From contig CM074519.1 of the NCBI GenBank assembly GCA_037379345.1, positions 36,048,103 to 36,112,102 of the forward strand: a stretch of 64,000 bases of DNA. Reading direction: 5' to 3'. The notes beneath the pieces are model-generated. The model saw only the letters and a list, made by a program, of their open reading frames with translations, did no database searches and was not told the origin of the DNA. The position numbers and the translations under genes were made by a program. The stretch is from Perna viridis. Its lineage: Eukaryota. Positions 29,407-45,327 of this stretch are shown here, piece after piece (the stretch's first letter is position 1; each line of letters opens with the position of its first letter).

Positions 29407-31799
29407 GGTACACCTGCAGAAAGTCTTTTATCGCATTTATGAATATTAAAAAATCATGTTTGAACATAATACAAATGATTGTGTGATTAAAAGCTTATGG
29501 AGCCTCATCATCTTCTAACATGGAAGTTTCTCTCCCTATGTAACTTGGCATATGAAAAATTGTACTTAGAAGAAATAATGATGTAAAGTAGTCTTTTTCA
29601 AACAGCAGACAAAAGGTGCATGAATTAGTGGTAGGGTGTGCAACGTATTAAACATTGGTATTTAAGAGCCAATAAAAAAGATAAAATTGACAGTAATTAG
29701 TTTGAACAGTACCTGTTTGAAACTTTCATTTAAGATTAGAGGTTCTGAGAATAATTTAATTGTTTGGTTAGCTGTTCATTTGTGGTGGGTGTTTTTTTTT
29801 TAATGAAAAAATACATGGTTGTAGAAATTTATGTGATCACAGGTGCCTTTTAGTCATTCTTCTGTTTACCTGTAGTTTTTCTTTGAATCTTGCAGAACTT
29901 GTATGTATGCCCCATTTACAACTGTATAAGATAGCATGAGAGTTTATATCATACTACTAGTCAGGATTCTAATTATTTGAGGTCTGAGGTCTCGGAACTA
30001 TCAAAATCTGACCCAGGACCTTCAGCTGTATTCATTAAAACTTTATTGGGGTCTCAAGGTTTTCCTCAAGTGAAGTTAAGGATGTTTCATTCTTGAAAGA
30101 AAATTTTGACTCCTGGCTATTACTGACTTTTTAATTGGTTTTTTATGTAAGCACTTAGTGTATAGTCCAGTCTAATATTAATTTTCCATTTGGTATGGTT
30201 TATTTCTGACTTATTTTAGAAAACAGAAAATCCCGGTGGTAATACTAATGTGGCTGCAAATTTGCAATGAATAAGTATCTATACAGTGGTGCAGCATCTA
30301 ACAGCATAATTAATACCCCATGGGATTGTTCTATGTCTGTCAAGATGTTTTCTGTCTCCAATTTTCACACTTTCTTATTTCCTAATAGAGACTTCTTATT
30401 TCCTTTTAGAGATTTTGAAGTGATTTATATTCAAGTGTGCTATTTCTGTAAATATGAAAGGCTTAAAACATTATTTCTCATTCCCCAAATGGTTGGAATT
30501 TGTTCCAGTATTGATCAACACAATCTGTTTAGAACAGATTTAGTAAATCTCTGTGGTTGATGTTCAATGTTGACTTTGACCTTCCTCAGCCACTTTAGGT
30601 TCAATAGTTATTGATGTGGTCAGTTTCATTAAAAATTTCAATTAGATATGGAGGCATTGATAAAAAAAAATTTAAAATAGAAATGAAATTTTCATGTGAT
30701 TTTTTTTTTTTTTTTTTTTTTTTATGTTTCATAGACCACTGTGTACTTAAAACTCTATAAATATCCATTCACTTGTCTTTACTGTAAGTTGTCCAAGTTT
30801 ACAATACTTGAAATTCTACTCTACACAGTGCTTGTTTTAAGGATATTCTCCAACTTCTCAGTCACAGAAGGTGAAATAAACATAAAAGTGTTTTCTAATC
30901 AACCTTTTTCACATGTTTGTATGTAGAGATATTCTGTAATAGTGTTTTTATTTTCTTGATCAATAACAATTACAGTAGTACATTTGGAAGTTGATGAAAA
31001 TTTGACAAGTGAACAATGAGAACAGATTAACTAAGGTGCTGTAACAAAAGAGAAACCAACCCTAACCTCCTCCTCAATATATTAGGTTCAAAAGGTCACA
31101 TTATTTGTCTCTTTTTTTACCATCAGATGCTTCAAGGTTGGTATCTGAGGTCACTGACTCCTGTAGTTTGTCCTTCAGCTACTTTTATCCTTTTCTTCAT
31201 GCACCAGCAGATTGTTATGAATAGATGCCAAACACTTTTCAATGATATCAGATTAAATTGCCAATTATTTTTACGTAATGCCAAAAAGTATGTGAACTCC
31301 CCTATGGAAACCCCTTATTCATGGGCTTTTTCACTAGCTGTATTTTACCAGAACAATGCTAATATTTGGGGTAACAGAAGGATCGTGCTTATCTTACTTA
31401 TTTTTGTTTTATATAATAATGTTGATATAATTAGACAAATCAGAAGACTTAGGGCAGTTTTCTCATAACAATTCTTTTTCAGAGAAAACATATGTTGTTC
31501 TAGCCTTGTGTTTTGCCAGACTAGCTAGAACAGCTGTAAATTATATCAACTGAACACCTTCTACCCATATTTAGAGAGCACATAAATACTTGACTGGTTT
31601 ATTGGGTACACAATTATTTTTTGCAACAGTAATCTTGACAGCTATTATGATTTTCATTCACCCTTAGAAGATATTAGTCGAAAAATGAAAGGTCATGTAT
31701 TATCATTGCTAATGCTATCAATACTTTCAAATTACTATGAACTTTTTTCTCCATTAGGCTACTGATTAGTTTCTTCAATTGATAGCAATACTGAAGCAT

Positions 31800-32075
31800 T
31801 AAACAGAAAAACAATGCAGAGAAGTCAGAATCCCAAAACATGACCAAAACATGAAAACAGGAAACAGAGAAGATCCACAGTCACAATTTAGACAACAGAA
31901 TAAAATACAATTACACATTAAAACTGAAGAAAGGAAAAACAAGATTACACAAAAACTAAAAAAAAATAAGCACAAGTTTGCAATGTGAACTCCCTCAAAA
32001 AACCTGGAGTGATATCAGGTGCTCTGGAAGGATAAGTATGTCCTGCTCTGCCAGCTGCACCCATCATATTACAAG
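31800..32075 (-). mobile_element. Decayed fragment homologous to the 3' end of the Penelope-like element at about 63.4 kb
   Basis: gaactccctcaaaaaacctggagtgatatcaggtgctctggaaggataag resembles ggactccactaaaaactgggagcatggatcaggtgcaccggtagggtaag. Confidence 0.55.
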
Positions 32076-33843
32076 TGAATTAAATCAAGAGAAGTGTAAT
32101 ACAGAAAATCTAACCAGAGAAATCTTGTGTCTGAAGTGTTAACTTGTTATACTTTTTGATAGATATAGAAACGCCAATAGTTTCTATAAACAAGGTTGGG
32201 TTGTTTTTGGTTCTGTATGTGAAGTAAGAACCTGTCAATCGGTGATGCTGTATTTTATAGACATATAAGGATCAATAGTCTAAGTGATCATCCTATCAAT
32301 CTTGCTCTTTTTACCCTGGGAATCATGACATTGATTAATAATACATCATTGCTAGGATAATAGCTATAACTTTATAATGATATCACTTCCAAGACCTATA
32401 TACAGCTGCTCCCATCAGGTAAAATGGAAATCTTTATATAGTGATCATAGTCTGGAGCTTGTCTATTCTGAAGCAACTTATACAGCAATATTGAATCATG
32501 AAAGATAATTGAGACTTTTCAACTTGCTTACTTATTGTTTGTTTGCATCTTTCTTTTTTCTTCATTTTATCCTCACATTGAGTTAGAGTCTGTCAAATTC
32601 TGATACTGTGTGTAATCTTTAAAGTCACTGGCTTATATTTGGTATCTGTGGTTTACTAGGAATTGAAGATTTCTTTATGTTTACCTTGAAATTGCTTGAT
32701 CATCATTTATAATAAAAAATAAAAATAGTTGGATTACATTATTGACTGTTCACTGAACAAATTCTCCACACAGTGAAGAACAAAATATTTACAAAGGCAC
32801 AGCTTTGGTGGAAAGACTTTTTGTTTTTGTCCTGTATGTCTTCTTGTCAAACTTATGTAAGTGAACTCCTAAGATGAAAAACTACTGCTCCAAATTCATG
32901 AACATTTATAGTTAGTTAAGACATGATACAAAGTGTATGTATGTATGTGTGCATTTAACCAGTTTTTTTAGTTGGGGGTTATGTCTCTTTTGACAGGGCA
33001 GGTGTAGGAAAAAAAACGAACATAAATTCATCCTTTACTTACCACCTGATTTTTCAAATATTTAAGTGAAGCATTTTTTTTGTAGTTTTTAAGACCTGTA
33101 ACATTTTTTTGAAGTAAATGAATGTAACCTTCCCACTAAACTGTCTACCAGATACAAATAGAAAGCATTTTAAACATTATTGAGTTGTGAAAATTGAGTT
33201 AGAAACTGATGTAATAATTTAACAAGCTAATTTACTACAGATTTCTTTTGGTAAAATGAGCACTGAAATGTCAGAGTTGATTACAGATGATTAACTGTTT
33301 TAACTTGAGTAATTATTGAGGCATTAAACAGAGCTTTACCTGGCAGGCAGGAGTATTCCAGCATCACCATGTCGAACAGATGTAACTTCAGATACAGAGT
33401 TAGTCTGAATTATAATAACCAGAACTGTATTGCAAAAAATATTATTTTATCAAGTTGTTAAAAACATTTTGCAGTAATAAAAGTTTGGATACGGATTGAC
33501 ACTAGCCATTTATGCACAGGTAGCCCACTGGATTTTCTGATAGATATATTTGGTAGTCCTCAAAATTATTTTACGGTCCTGTCCTTAGGAATGATAAAAT
33601 TTTTAAATTATTAAGGTAGCTCAAAGGACTACCAATTAAAATTTCTAAGTAGTCCTCTCACAAATTATGAAGGGGCAGGACTACTGTTAAGTGTCCAACC
33701 CTGTCACCGACAGATGCACAAATCAAATTCTATATGCCCAAAGTTTGTTGGCATGGAACATTTAGTGTCTTATCTTTACAATTGGACAAAATATTCTTCG
33801 TGGTGCTTAAAAATTACACCAGTCCTATAATTAAATGTAGTAA

Positions 33844-33969
<126 letters not shown>

Positions 33970-35824
33970 TGAAAATATTTGTGACATGAATGCTTCACCT
34001 GTTTGTTCTAGTCTACTTTTGGACATAAAGAGTCTGTCGTGAACTTCCAATTTATAGGGAACATGTCTTTGGGTTCAAGGTAAATGCCCCTTCTGGATCA
34101 TAATTGAAAATGATAAAACTTTGTCCATCTGATTGTCAAGATGGTTGAAATATAACGCCAATGAAACTGGGTAATACAATGACTCCTTAAGAGGCTATTA
34201 TCTCAGTCTAAGGCAAGTAAATATTAGCCTTCAGTAGCTAGTGTTCAGTTCGTGTGCAGATCAATGAAATCCTGTTGAGTTCCAGTTCTTTGTTTGTAGG
34301 ATTGTCTTAGAATCAATAATATGAAAAGAAATATGCTAGAAAAGGCAGATACGATTTTATATTAAATTTTGGCTCAAAATACAACTTTTAAGATAAAATT
34401 CCTAGGGATCATTTTGACAGTTGGATTTTCTTTTGTTCAGATGGAGTGTTAATCATTCGAACATAATTATGCTTTTAACTGAGAAAAGCTTTAATTTTTC
34501 ATGCATAAGTGCTGAACAGTTTTTATAAATATCTTATCACCCCAGTATCTATGTATCAGATGATATGATTGGCTGACCCCTGCCAGGATGATAATCTATA
34601 TCATGTTCTGATTGGCTGGTATCTGTTCCTGATGTTATGCATGTGTAAAGATTACAGGTATTTCCTGGGGTGTAATTAGTTCAGTCAGTTAGATCTGGAT
34701 TACATCACAGATTTGGTGGCTTATTTCTTTAATAACTAGGGAAACAATTATCTGCTGATTTTTGTGGCTGTTTGGTTTTACTTTGTTGTCTGTATGTTCA
34801 GATTTTGACACTTCTCATCTTTACCTAAAAATTTAAATTCACACCTCTTTCCAATCTCTAAAATGGACTGTGGCCTTCATATTTAAAGTTTTAAGTGTGC
34901 ACCTGAATAGCTGTGAAAGCTAAGAATGTAAAAGATGTGAATGTAATACTTCAGTGTTTAGTTCTGTGTTTAAGCCGCCTTTTCTATAAAATTGGATCAC
35001 TTTTTCATGAAATTTGCTTTATATCAATGTTCTAATTTACATCTTCATTGTGTTGCCATCATTAAACCTTGTGCTTTCTTTGAACAATGGACTTGTCCCT
35101 ATCTTGTACTCTATCTAGATTGAATTGTTGGATTTGAAGTGCCCATCATATAGTACTAAGGCAGGTTTAATTCAGAAAATGTACCTGTACTTTGTCTTTT
35201 TTTCTGTACTTTTGCAATGATTAGATCCAGATTTTAAAATGTCAGAGCATGAAGCAATTCTAGTTCTATATGTGTGATGTAAGCAATTCAAAGGTCATGA
35301 CTCTTCTCAATAAAAGAAAATCAGATAAAAAATAATATGTTTGTGTTTTTAAGCAATGTGGTCATTATTACTTGTTAAATTGATGCAGTAAAGGTTCCAT
35401 GTGAATTCTCTAGAGATTACTGTGTCATGTGATGCTACAAACGTGTGGTATGCCTTGCATGTTTCATCGTTAGTACTAATAAGGATTTGTTCCTAACTTT
35501 AAGAAGAGAAATTGTGCAGTCATAGACTTGTTTTTGGTAAAGTATTGTAGTAACTTGTTAGGAATTATCAAGTCCAACATCAAAAATCTGAATGGAATTA
35601 CCATAACATAAATAATGGTTTTTCAACACCTGAAAATTCATAACTATTTACTATGAAATTAAATGTAAAATGTATAGATCGAACAGTGTTTGTCTTAAAA
35701 TTGTTCTTTCCTTGTTTTTGCCTGTTTGTTTTAATTTTTTTTTTGTCACTTCTGTTTCAAAAGTGCTATTACAGTATTAATTTTACTGACCCTGAAACAC
35801 TGATAATGAATATTCTGACTCCTG

Positions 35825-36044
35825 GGGCGCATTTCTTTTACCTGAATCTGAAAAATGTTTCAGTACAATGTTTCAAAAAACAGAAACATGATTCGGTGAT
35901 TAAAATACAACATTTGAGAAACTGTAACATGTTTCAGTTTCTATCAAAACAAACATGTTTCAAAAGTAACAAAATGGCTTGGTAGCGAAGCAAAATAATA
36001 TGAATCAGAATCATGTTTCAGATTCGGGTAAAAGAAATGCGCCC
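35825..36044. mobile_element. PIF/Harbinger-like MITE, 220 bp
   Basis: About 30-bp TIRs GGGCGCATTTCTTTTACCYGAATCTGAAA, with a 3-bp CTG duplication on both sides. Confidence 0.8.
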
Positions 36045-36398
36045 CTGGTTGTATATTAAACTTGCTATGCATCAGTATTCCTTTCATGTATTCTGTCTAA
36101 AGTGAAAACTGTATTGAGGTTAAATACTGAAGACATCTACTTTCAATCCAATATTCTTCATTGGTAGGTAATTGTTTTTCTCTGTTTTATTTCACAGCAA
36201 ACAAATAGCTTCCAATACTCAAATGTCTGTGGCTGTCCTGTAACTGCCACTTGTCTCACAAGTCTATTTAACTTGACACAACCAATGTCTAACCCTGACT
36301 CATATTTCCCAGTAATTGTATTCTTTATTTGGATTTCACAGCAGATAAATGACTTTCTGTCCCTCAGTTAAAATAGTACAGAACAGATCTCAGATGAA

Positions 36399-36794
36399 TT
36401 AAGTAGCTGTCTTTGTAAGAATCATGCAAAATCTGAAAAATGTGATACTCCGCAAATAAGGCTACATATTTTTATTTTTGTGATTAAGTTGTTTTATGGT
36501 TCTATATTGTGAAATGTGTAATTCAAATCTACCTGCTCTTAAGAGGTAATTAACACAAAAAATCCAATAGATTCTGTTGTACTTGACTGGCATTTACAGA
36601 GTTTCTCCCTTAATTTTGAATTCTACAGTGCATTCTATACAATTTTTATCTCCTATGAGCACGGGTTATACGAAAAACCAAATGTTCATTTCTGTTTACT
36701 GAAGCATTTTAAACAAAATATCAAAAATAAAAATATGTAGGCTTTCCAACCATGTATCATATTTTGCATGATTCTTAGCTGGAGTACTACTTAA
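36399..36794 (-). mobile_element. About 400-bp TTAA-bounded MITE family, copy 2 (inverted)
   Basis: Reverse-complement homologue of 9809-10209. Confidence 0.85.
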
Positions 36795-39106
36795 CTATCA
36801 TTCTTGACTTTCATGCAAGTATTGATAGTCTTCTGGACTTCTATGTTATTACATTCCATCAATGACTCTACATGGATATTACTTACTTAATGATCTGCAC
36901 ACCCATATTTGTTTTTTAAATGTACTGAAGAATTTTAATATCTGTGTCTAAGTTGACATATTACACTGATAATTGAGGTGACTGAATCATAATTGTCAAT
37001 TAATTCCCATCTGCCCCCAATTTTTGTGTTGATCATCATCACAGATTTACTAGATGCTACTTATGGAAGATCTGACAACTTCTTACTTTAGCATAAAGTT
37101 AGTTTTAATCCAAGCCAGTTGCAGTTAATCTCTATACATAATGAAATTAATTCTGTATCCTTGTAAACCTAAGTTCTATAAGTATTGAAATTTCTGGTAG
37201 CCCTTGTATTCATGACCTTGAAATATTAGATTTAAGGTCATTTTAAGTTTTCTACCAATTGACGTTGCATCTTTTGTAGATCAATTTTCAAGGACAATAC
37301 TTCTTCAGTTTAATCAAGAAAAGGTATATTTACCTTTGATCTTTACAAAATTGAGTTTTCTCTAAAAGCCTATCAAAGACAGTTAGTTCAGCTGTATCTA
37401 ATCATCCTTTCATATTGGCTTGATGTTATTTTGAAATGTACTGGCCTTTGCTTCCTGAAGATCTCATAAATGTAATGATGGATGCCTTTGATTGTGTAAA
37501 TTATTACTTTTCTGATGAGAAATATGTTATATGATGTGAAATAGATGATAGCAGATATTTGGTACAAAAATATCACTGTGTGTAACTTCCTATCATATTG
37601 TTTGTTTTAGAATGGTATTATAACTCTAGGGGTGGACTGCTGGATTGTGAATGGTTCTGAAAATTCTTTTTTTTTTTGTAGAACTAAGATTTGGTTCATT
37701 TAGATATACTATAAACTGAATTGGTATTTGGTTTGTGTGTGGTAAATGATTGATCGTCAAAAGGATATGCTTGTGCCACCTTCAGTAGATTAGTTGCTAG
37801 CCTCTTGTAAACAGAATATGCTTCACTTCATACCATGTATTGGGCTAGGCCCTTCAGAGCAGATATATGCACTTCAGAATTCTCTATCTTGTGACATTTA
37901 TACTGTTTCTATGGTGAATCAGTATTGTTGAAGTTTTAATAGAGGTTCTACATAACAAACATATGTAGCATTTTATTGCTGTTTATCTTGGCAATGTAAG
38001 GTTTTGCTGATCTGCATATTAACTCACACTTTAGGGCTTCAGATACTGTCTAATTAGTACTGTCATGTCTAGTTCAGTGTTATGTCATATTCATATTGAG
38101 CACGTCATATTTTTATCATGTGTAAAGTACAAGATGCAGGTCCACGTCAGGTAGAATTCTAGCATGTTGGTTGCATGTTAGCACACCTTAAATTTGATGC
38201 GGAGTCAGATGATTTTGAAATAAATTTTGTAATAAATGATACTGGAAGATCCATTTTTTGAAAAAACTCTATTGTATTGATTAACTACTAAATACCCCTA
38301 TTTAGTTTTTTACACTCTCATTTAATTTCTACCTGTGGATCACTGAGTACACATTCTAACAAACATTCCTAGCATCAGTAATTTTCTATTTTGCTATTGT
38401 TGTATTTTATAATTTCTTGTGTGTTTCCTGGAAAGTTTTAATTAGTGGTTTGTTATTATGTATATACACAAAAGGATGAACTGACAACACCTCTAAATAT
38501 GCAAACTTTGAGTTGCTATGGGGATTTTTCTTTATGGTTCTTATCTTCAATTTACAAATGTCTGTAATACTATATTATAGGCATATATGGTATTGAAAGA
38601 TAATACTGCCTCACGGATTTTGCCTTAGAATTCAGTATTTCAATAACAAAAATACCAGGGTTTCTCTAAGGTGTTAGATTCATGATGGCTAATAGAGATT
38701 TCATGTGTTATCCCTGGCATTAATTTTTCACTGTTACCTTATATTATGTCAAAAGTGTGTCAATAATATTAAAGTACTTTCAGTTGACATCAATACATTA
38801 TTTCACTGTAAACAATTTGGCTTCAACCTAGGAAGAAAAATACAAGAAACCAAAGACATGACAAGCAGAAGCCCACTGACATAATGTATTAATTAGTTAT
38901 TAGTTATGTTTGTTTATCAAAAACATATTTTTTAATGGACAATTAACCAAAACCATATTATAAAAACATATGAGTTTCTATTTTCACAAATTTTCAAGCA
39001 GCAGATATTTGTATTTGTTGATCAGTAAACAAAATTCAAGTTGAGGCTTTTTATATTGGTCAGTATTCAATCCCTAAATACTCATATCAACCTGTGTTGT
39101 ATGTAA

Positions 39107-39259
<153 letters not shown>

Positions 39260-39962
39260 TGAGGATTAGTTCTTTATCAAATGTGAGAATGTGTTCATTT
39301 GTTGTAAGTTATGACATCATAATTGATCTAGGTATTGTAATATCGTAACTAACATCTTATATTACACTTGCAAACTTTTGTGTAAAGGACTGCTGAATAG
39401 TCAAACATGAGACGAGCTACAAATCTCTATCAATGTTTAATTAGCAAATGTAAAAATTCTTAGTGTTATTAATATACTATCCATCCATCTGCTGTACTGT
39501 CTCTATCTACAGATGGACAGTGGATAAATATTGATTCATTTTTGTAAATACATATTCAGACATGTTCATGCCAACACTTGTGTAAATCAAATAAGTGATA
39601 TTTTAATAAAAAAAAATTGATAAGACTGAGTAACCCAAGCCATTCAAGTCCATAGAAGATTCATGTTAAGGGGATTTTACTGTAAACAATAAAATGACTT
39701 GATATATCATAATAAAATGTTTTTGAGACATGGAGTTACACATACTGAAAAAGGTTTTAAATTAATTTTCTAGCTTTAGGGAAATGAAAATGTTTGGCTG
39801 GTTTTAAATGCTCAATATGTTATTGATTTTAATGTAAATTATCCTTAAAAATATTTTGAGTTTTAGTCAGAGTTGGTATTATAATGGGGTTTTATTTTAT
39901 CCTTGAAGCCAAATTTCAATATAAATTGGATTGTCACTGTTTTTAATTTTCGTAAAGCAACA

Positions 39963-40895
39963 CTTTAAGTATTGAAGTTATTGATTTCTCTCCTTTGGAA
40001 TATGGTCTATTTTCTTTGAGTATTGAAGTTATTCTCTCCTTTGGAATATGGTCTATTTTCTTAAAGTATTGAAGTTATTCTCTCCTTTGGAATATGGTCT
40101 ATTTTCTCAAAGTATTGAAGTTATTCTCTCCTTTGGAATATGGTCTATTTTCTTAAAGTATTGAAGTTATTGTTTCCTTTGGAATATGGTCTGTTTTCTT
40201 TGAGTATTGAAGTTATTGTCTCCTTTGGAATATGGTCTATTTTCTTTGAGTATTGAAGTTATTGTCTCCTTTGGAATATGGTCTGTTTTCTTTGAGTATT
40301 GAAGTTATTGTCTCCTTTGGAATATGGTCTATTTTCTTTGAGTATTGAAGTTATTGTCTCCTTTGGAATATGGTCTATTTTCTTTGAGTATTGAAGTTAT
40401 TCTCTCCTTTGAAATTTGGTTTATTTTCTTTAAGTATTGAAGTTATTGTCTCCTTTGGAATATGGTCTATTTTCTTTGAGTATTGAAGTTATTGTCTCCT
40501 TTGGAATATGGTCTGTTTTCTTTGAGTATTGAAGTTATTCTCTCCTTTGAAATTTGGTTTATTTTCTTTAAGTATTGAAGTTATTGTCTCCATTGGAATA
40601 TGGTCTATTTTCTTTGAGTATTGAAGTTATTGTCTCCTTTGAAATTTGGTTTATTTTCTTTAAGTATTGAAGTTATTGTCTCCTTTGGAATATGGTCTAT
40701 TTTCTTTGAGTATTGAAGTTATTGTCTCCTTTGGAATATGGTCTATTTTCTTTGAGTATTGAAGTTATTGTCTCCTTTGGAATATGGTCTGTTTTCTTTG
40801 AGTATTGAAGTTATTCTCTCCTTTGAAATTTGGTTTATTTTCTTTAAGTATTGAAGTTATTGTCTCCATTGGAATATGGTCTATTTTCTTTGAGT
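39963..40895. repeat. 46-bp minisatellite, about 20 copies
   Basis: Unit tgagtattgaagttattgtctcctttggaatatggtctattttctt. Confidence 0.97.
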
Positions 40896-41383
40896 GATTT
40901 TTGCTGTTGGTTGTTTAGAATTCATTATTTAACACATGTACATACACTGTTTAACACTTACGTAAATCACAATTGAAATGTCAAATATTGATTTGAATAA
41001 CATTAACTGCTAGTCATCAACTTGGTCTGCAATTATTGTTTTTTCTTATTTTTTTTTGTTTTTTTGCTTTACTCCATGCATCTTGTTTAATGGTTTTGAT
41101 CCTAGTGGGTTAGCATTGGCACCACAAAACTTGGGAAAAAATTAATTAGGTGTTGGAATATAATGTATTGTTAGAAAAGTCTCAGGAAAAAGTAGGTTTA
41201 CAGTCCTGGTGTACCATTGAAAAACATATCTTAAGCGAGGAAATATATATATATGTGATAAATATCTAAATCTGAATTAGACCTAAAAGAACATTCTGAC
41301 TTGGCAGAGTCAGGAATATTGCAAGAACTCCCAGTAAAAACCTAACAGTAAATACTATATCTGTTAATCACTTTTGTAATTGA

Positions 41384-41491
<108 letters not shown>

Positions 41492-42056
41492 TAGTTAATG
41501 GATACTGAGATAATGCTACCAGGATTAGATCCATAACATACACATTACACATAGAATGAGTAGTTACAACTACTTGAATTTATTTTAGATTATTGTGTAC
41601 ACAGCCATCAGGTGCTATGATACCCTACAAACCTAGTATTGATACAGGTCAACTGTCACAATTTTATACAAGTAGTTGTTCCTATGCTAAAGTGTCTAAT
41701 TATCTGAAATTTAACATTACACAAATATGGAACAAAAAACAACACAATGAAAATTAATTTTTTTTTGATTTATTAGAAGTATTTTATAGCAAGAAATAGT
41801 CTTGAACATCATGGAAATTACCACTGCCATAAATTTTGGAATTCACTTATATGTAATTTCTCAAGTTTTATTCGTTTTGAAGTCATACCCAACTTATACT
41901 CCCAGAAAGACCCAGTTTTATAATAATCATCTTTCAATAACTTCTGGTAACTGAGAAAAAAATGTACCAATTGTTTATTCCTGGAACTTATCCTTAACAA
42001 AAATCATGTTTTTAAACATTTTGTAACCAGATAACAACTAATGGACAATTTAATAG

Positions 42057-42266
<210 letters not shown>

Positions 42267-42900
42267 TGACTTCTTGAAGTTGTAAAATATACGAAGTAGA
42301 TGAGTTTATCTTAATTAAGCACACAAAAATTCTTCAAGAAGCTTTATTACATAGAGTTCCAAGAGTTTTTAGAACTTAACTTTATTTGACAATATTAAGT
42401 ATGAATTGTTACAAAATGATTTTGTCTAGAGTGTGACAAGAAGAAAATACAAGACTGGTCACAAAGTCATAATTACATGATTAAGTTGATAACAAATTCT
42501 AACATCTCATATGTTATTGTTGTATAGATTAATTTCAGAAGTAACAGATTCTGATTGGATGAACAATTTCTTCCATCATCTAAGAACAAATAACAAAAGT
42601 TTGTTATAACTTGACGTCATCAAACTTTACTCTTGGAATGTTAATGCTTCCATTAAATTATAAGAAATGACTTGACTGTTAAATTTTTTTGATCTATTTG
42701 AAGTAACATCTATGTCTTTGGTGCACACTTGAAAATAACCTGCTATGCAGGTTATTTATTGTGCACCATGATTGAGGTTATTTCTTCATACATGGAAAAA
42801 ATGTAAAAGTCATTCCTTGAATGTTTAAGACTCAATTTGTACATTAAGTACCTTAGCATCCATGGTTCTATCATATATAATTATTAGTATATATTTTTAG

Positions 42901-42989
42901 ATGTTCACCTTTGCCAAGATTGAAGGAAATGATGTTAAAACTGATCAGTTTGAGATTACAGGATCAACATATGCTCCAGAAGGTGACAT
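42901..42989 (+). CDS. ATP2A: SERCA exon 13 (MFTFAKIEGNDVKTDQFEITGSTYAPEGD)
   Basis: tttttag| ... |gtatgt, 89 nt. Confidence 0.94.
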
Positions 42990-43389
42990 GTATGTATCAT
43001 TCTTTACTAGTCCAAGGTCTTTCTTTTCATAACCTTCCCAAGTGTGAAATGAGTTTCAATGAAATTTGATAGAAATTTTAAATATGATAAAGGACAGTGC
43101 TATGTATCATGGTTATTCTCTGTGTTTTTCTAACATTCAGTCAGCATAAAAACTTCCAATTTTCGCAAAAGAATACCAGTAATAAAACTACTATTTTGTT
43201 TATTGACATGATTGCTGTTGGGAATGCACAACATAATATCTGAAACTGTCCAAAACATTTTCCAGAATTAATTACTGTGATTATATCTTAGCTGTATACT
43301 GTGACAAAATGTTCATCTTATCTATTTTGTTGTATTATGATTCAGTGCTTGAACATTTATGCTTTAATCAATCACCATTTATTTATTAG

Positions 43390-43492
43390 CTACAAAGATG
43401 GAAAGAAGGTTCTTAGTGGTGAATTCCCAGGATTAGAAGAGTTGGCTACAGTTTGTGTCATGTGCAATGATTCCAGTGTAGATTATAATGAT
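43390..43492 (+). CDS. ATP2A: SERCA exon 14 (YKDGKKVLSGEFPGLEELATVCVMCNDSSVDYND)
   Basis: ttattag| ... |gtgagt, 103 nt. Confidence 0.94.
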
Positions 43493-43818
43493 GTGAGTTT
43501 CCTCCCTTATTCCTTAAAAATGAATTTTTCTACTTATTGAGTCATTTATTTAAATAAAGACTTCCACATGTAACCTTTGAGTTAAGTTGATGTTGGCAAA
43601 TAGATTTGGAAAAAAGACAAGTTTATTTTTTACTTATTAAACTCCTAAATAATTAAAATAATAAAGAAGACTGGTATCATTTAAAAAACCTCATTATGCA
43701 ATATATAGCAGAGAAAATAACCCTTTTTTTTTATTATAATCTAGTTATAATGATGCAAATAATAATTAGTAACTTGAAACTGTTCTATACAATAAAGATT
43801 TTTTCTTTAAGTTTTTAA

Positions 43819-44118
<300 letters not shown>

Positions 44119-45327
44119 TAACTCTTGTTAAGGAATTTTACTATCGTGAATTGGCCTGATTAGCCAGACATTGGTTAACTTGAATTCAGATCAACTATAA
44201 GAAAAGTCATTGTAGATGTTATAGAAATAATATACATATTATCATTAGCTATACCACGAGCTGGCAATGTATTTTGATTATTTCGTTTTTAGCAATTCAT
44301 CAACATACATGGACAGTCCATGGTAAACCAAAAGTCTTTGTGATTAATTTTGATTCTATTATGACTACAATTTTATTTTATTGAAAATGTACAAGTTAGG
44401 TTCTGTGTATCAGAGCCATCATAACATCTTGAATGTTCTTGTGTCTTTGTAAAAACCAATCAGTGACCTCTTAAGTTTGGCTGTTTGTTGAAATTCTTGA
44501 ATCATGGTAAAAAATCCATTATGTACCTTACAATTTTAGCTATTTGTTGATGTTCTTGACTCATAGTAATAACCAATCAATGACCCCAAAGTTTTAGCTG
44601 TTTGTTATCTATATTGGTCATTTGTTTACCATGGTTTGAGAACCTTTGTAAGGTTATATATTAGGATGTCGTTTTTTTTTTTATATGATTTTAAAAAATT
44701 GTGAATTTTGAACTGTGATCGCATTGTAAAGTAGATTCCTTATATTATTTATTCAACTCATGTGATTATTTAGCTTATGGATTCATCAAGATGAATATTC
44801 TTAAGTAGTACCAATGTTATATGGGTGAAGGAAGTTCTAAAATGTGAAAATAGAAGTTGAATCAGGTGAAGGATTATTAAGTGTGATAACAAGGCAGAAA
44901 TGATTTATGTTGACGTCATACCTTAAATAATCAAAGATATTTGCTGAGATTGTTTCTGATGTAACAAGTTCCATAATCTTCTATAATTAAAATGATGTAA
45001 TATTTATTAGTGATAATGTTGTGTTTATACATTAGTAACTTGAGATTGGTGATTTTTGCACTGACTTGTTTAATGGAATGTTGCATAATTTGAAGTGCAA
45101 AAGCCTTATCTGCTTAAATGCTGATGATCTTAGCTAGAAACTTCTGGCATTCTAATTATATGACATTTCTATAACCTTCATTTCATGACCAAATCAGCTG
45201 ATCTGTTACAGAGTTTTAAAAAAAAGTATTTTGTACTTGGTTAAGCCTGCATTTTTTGTTATTGAAAATCTACCTCCTTACACAACAAGATTTGGTTAAG
45301 TAGTATCTTCAGTTTAATCTTTATTTC

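Noticed and set aside
31127-31468. 113-aa ORF behind a strong acceptor in the large intron
   Set aside because: No recognisable homology, and the possible microexons (10 or 14 nt) would frameshift SERCA.
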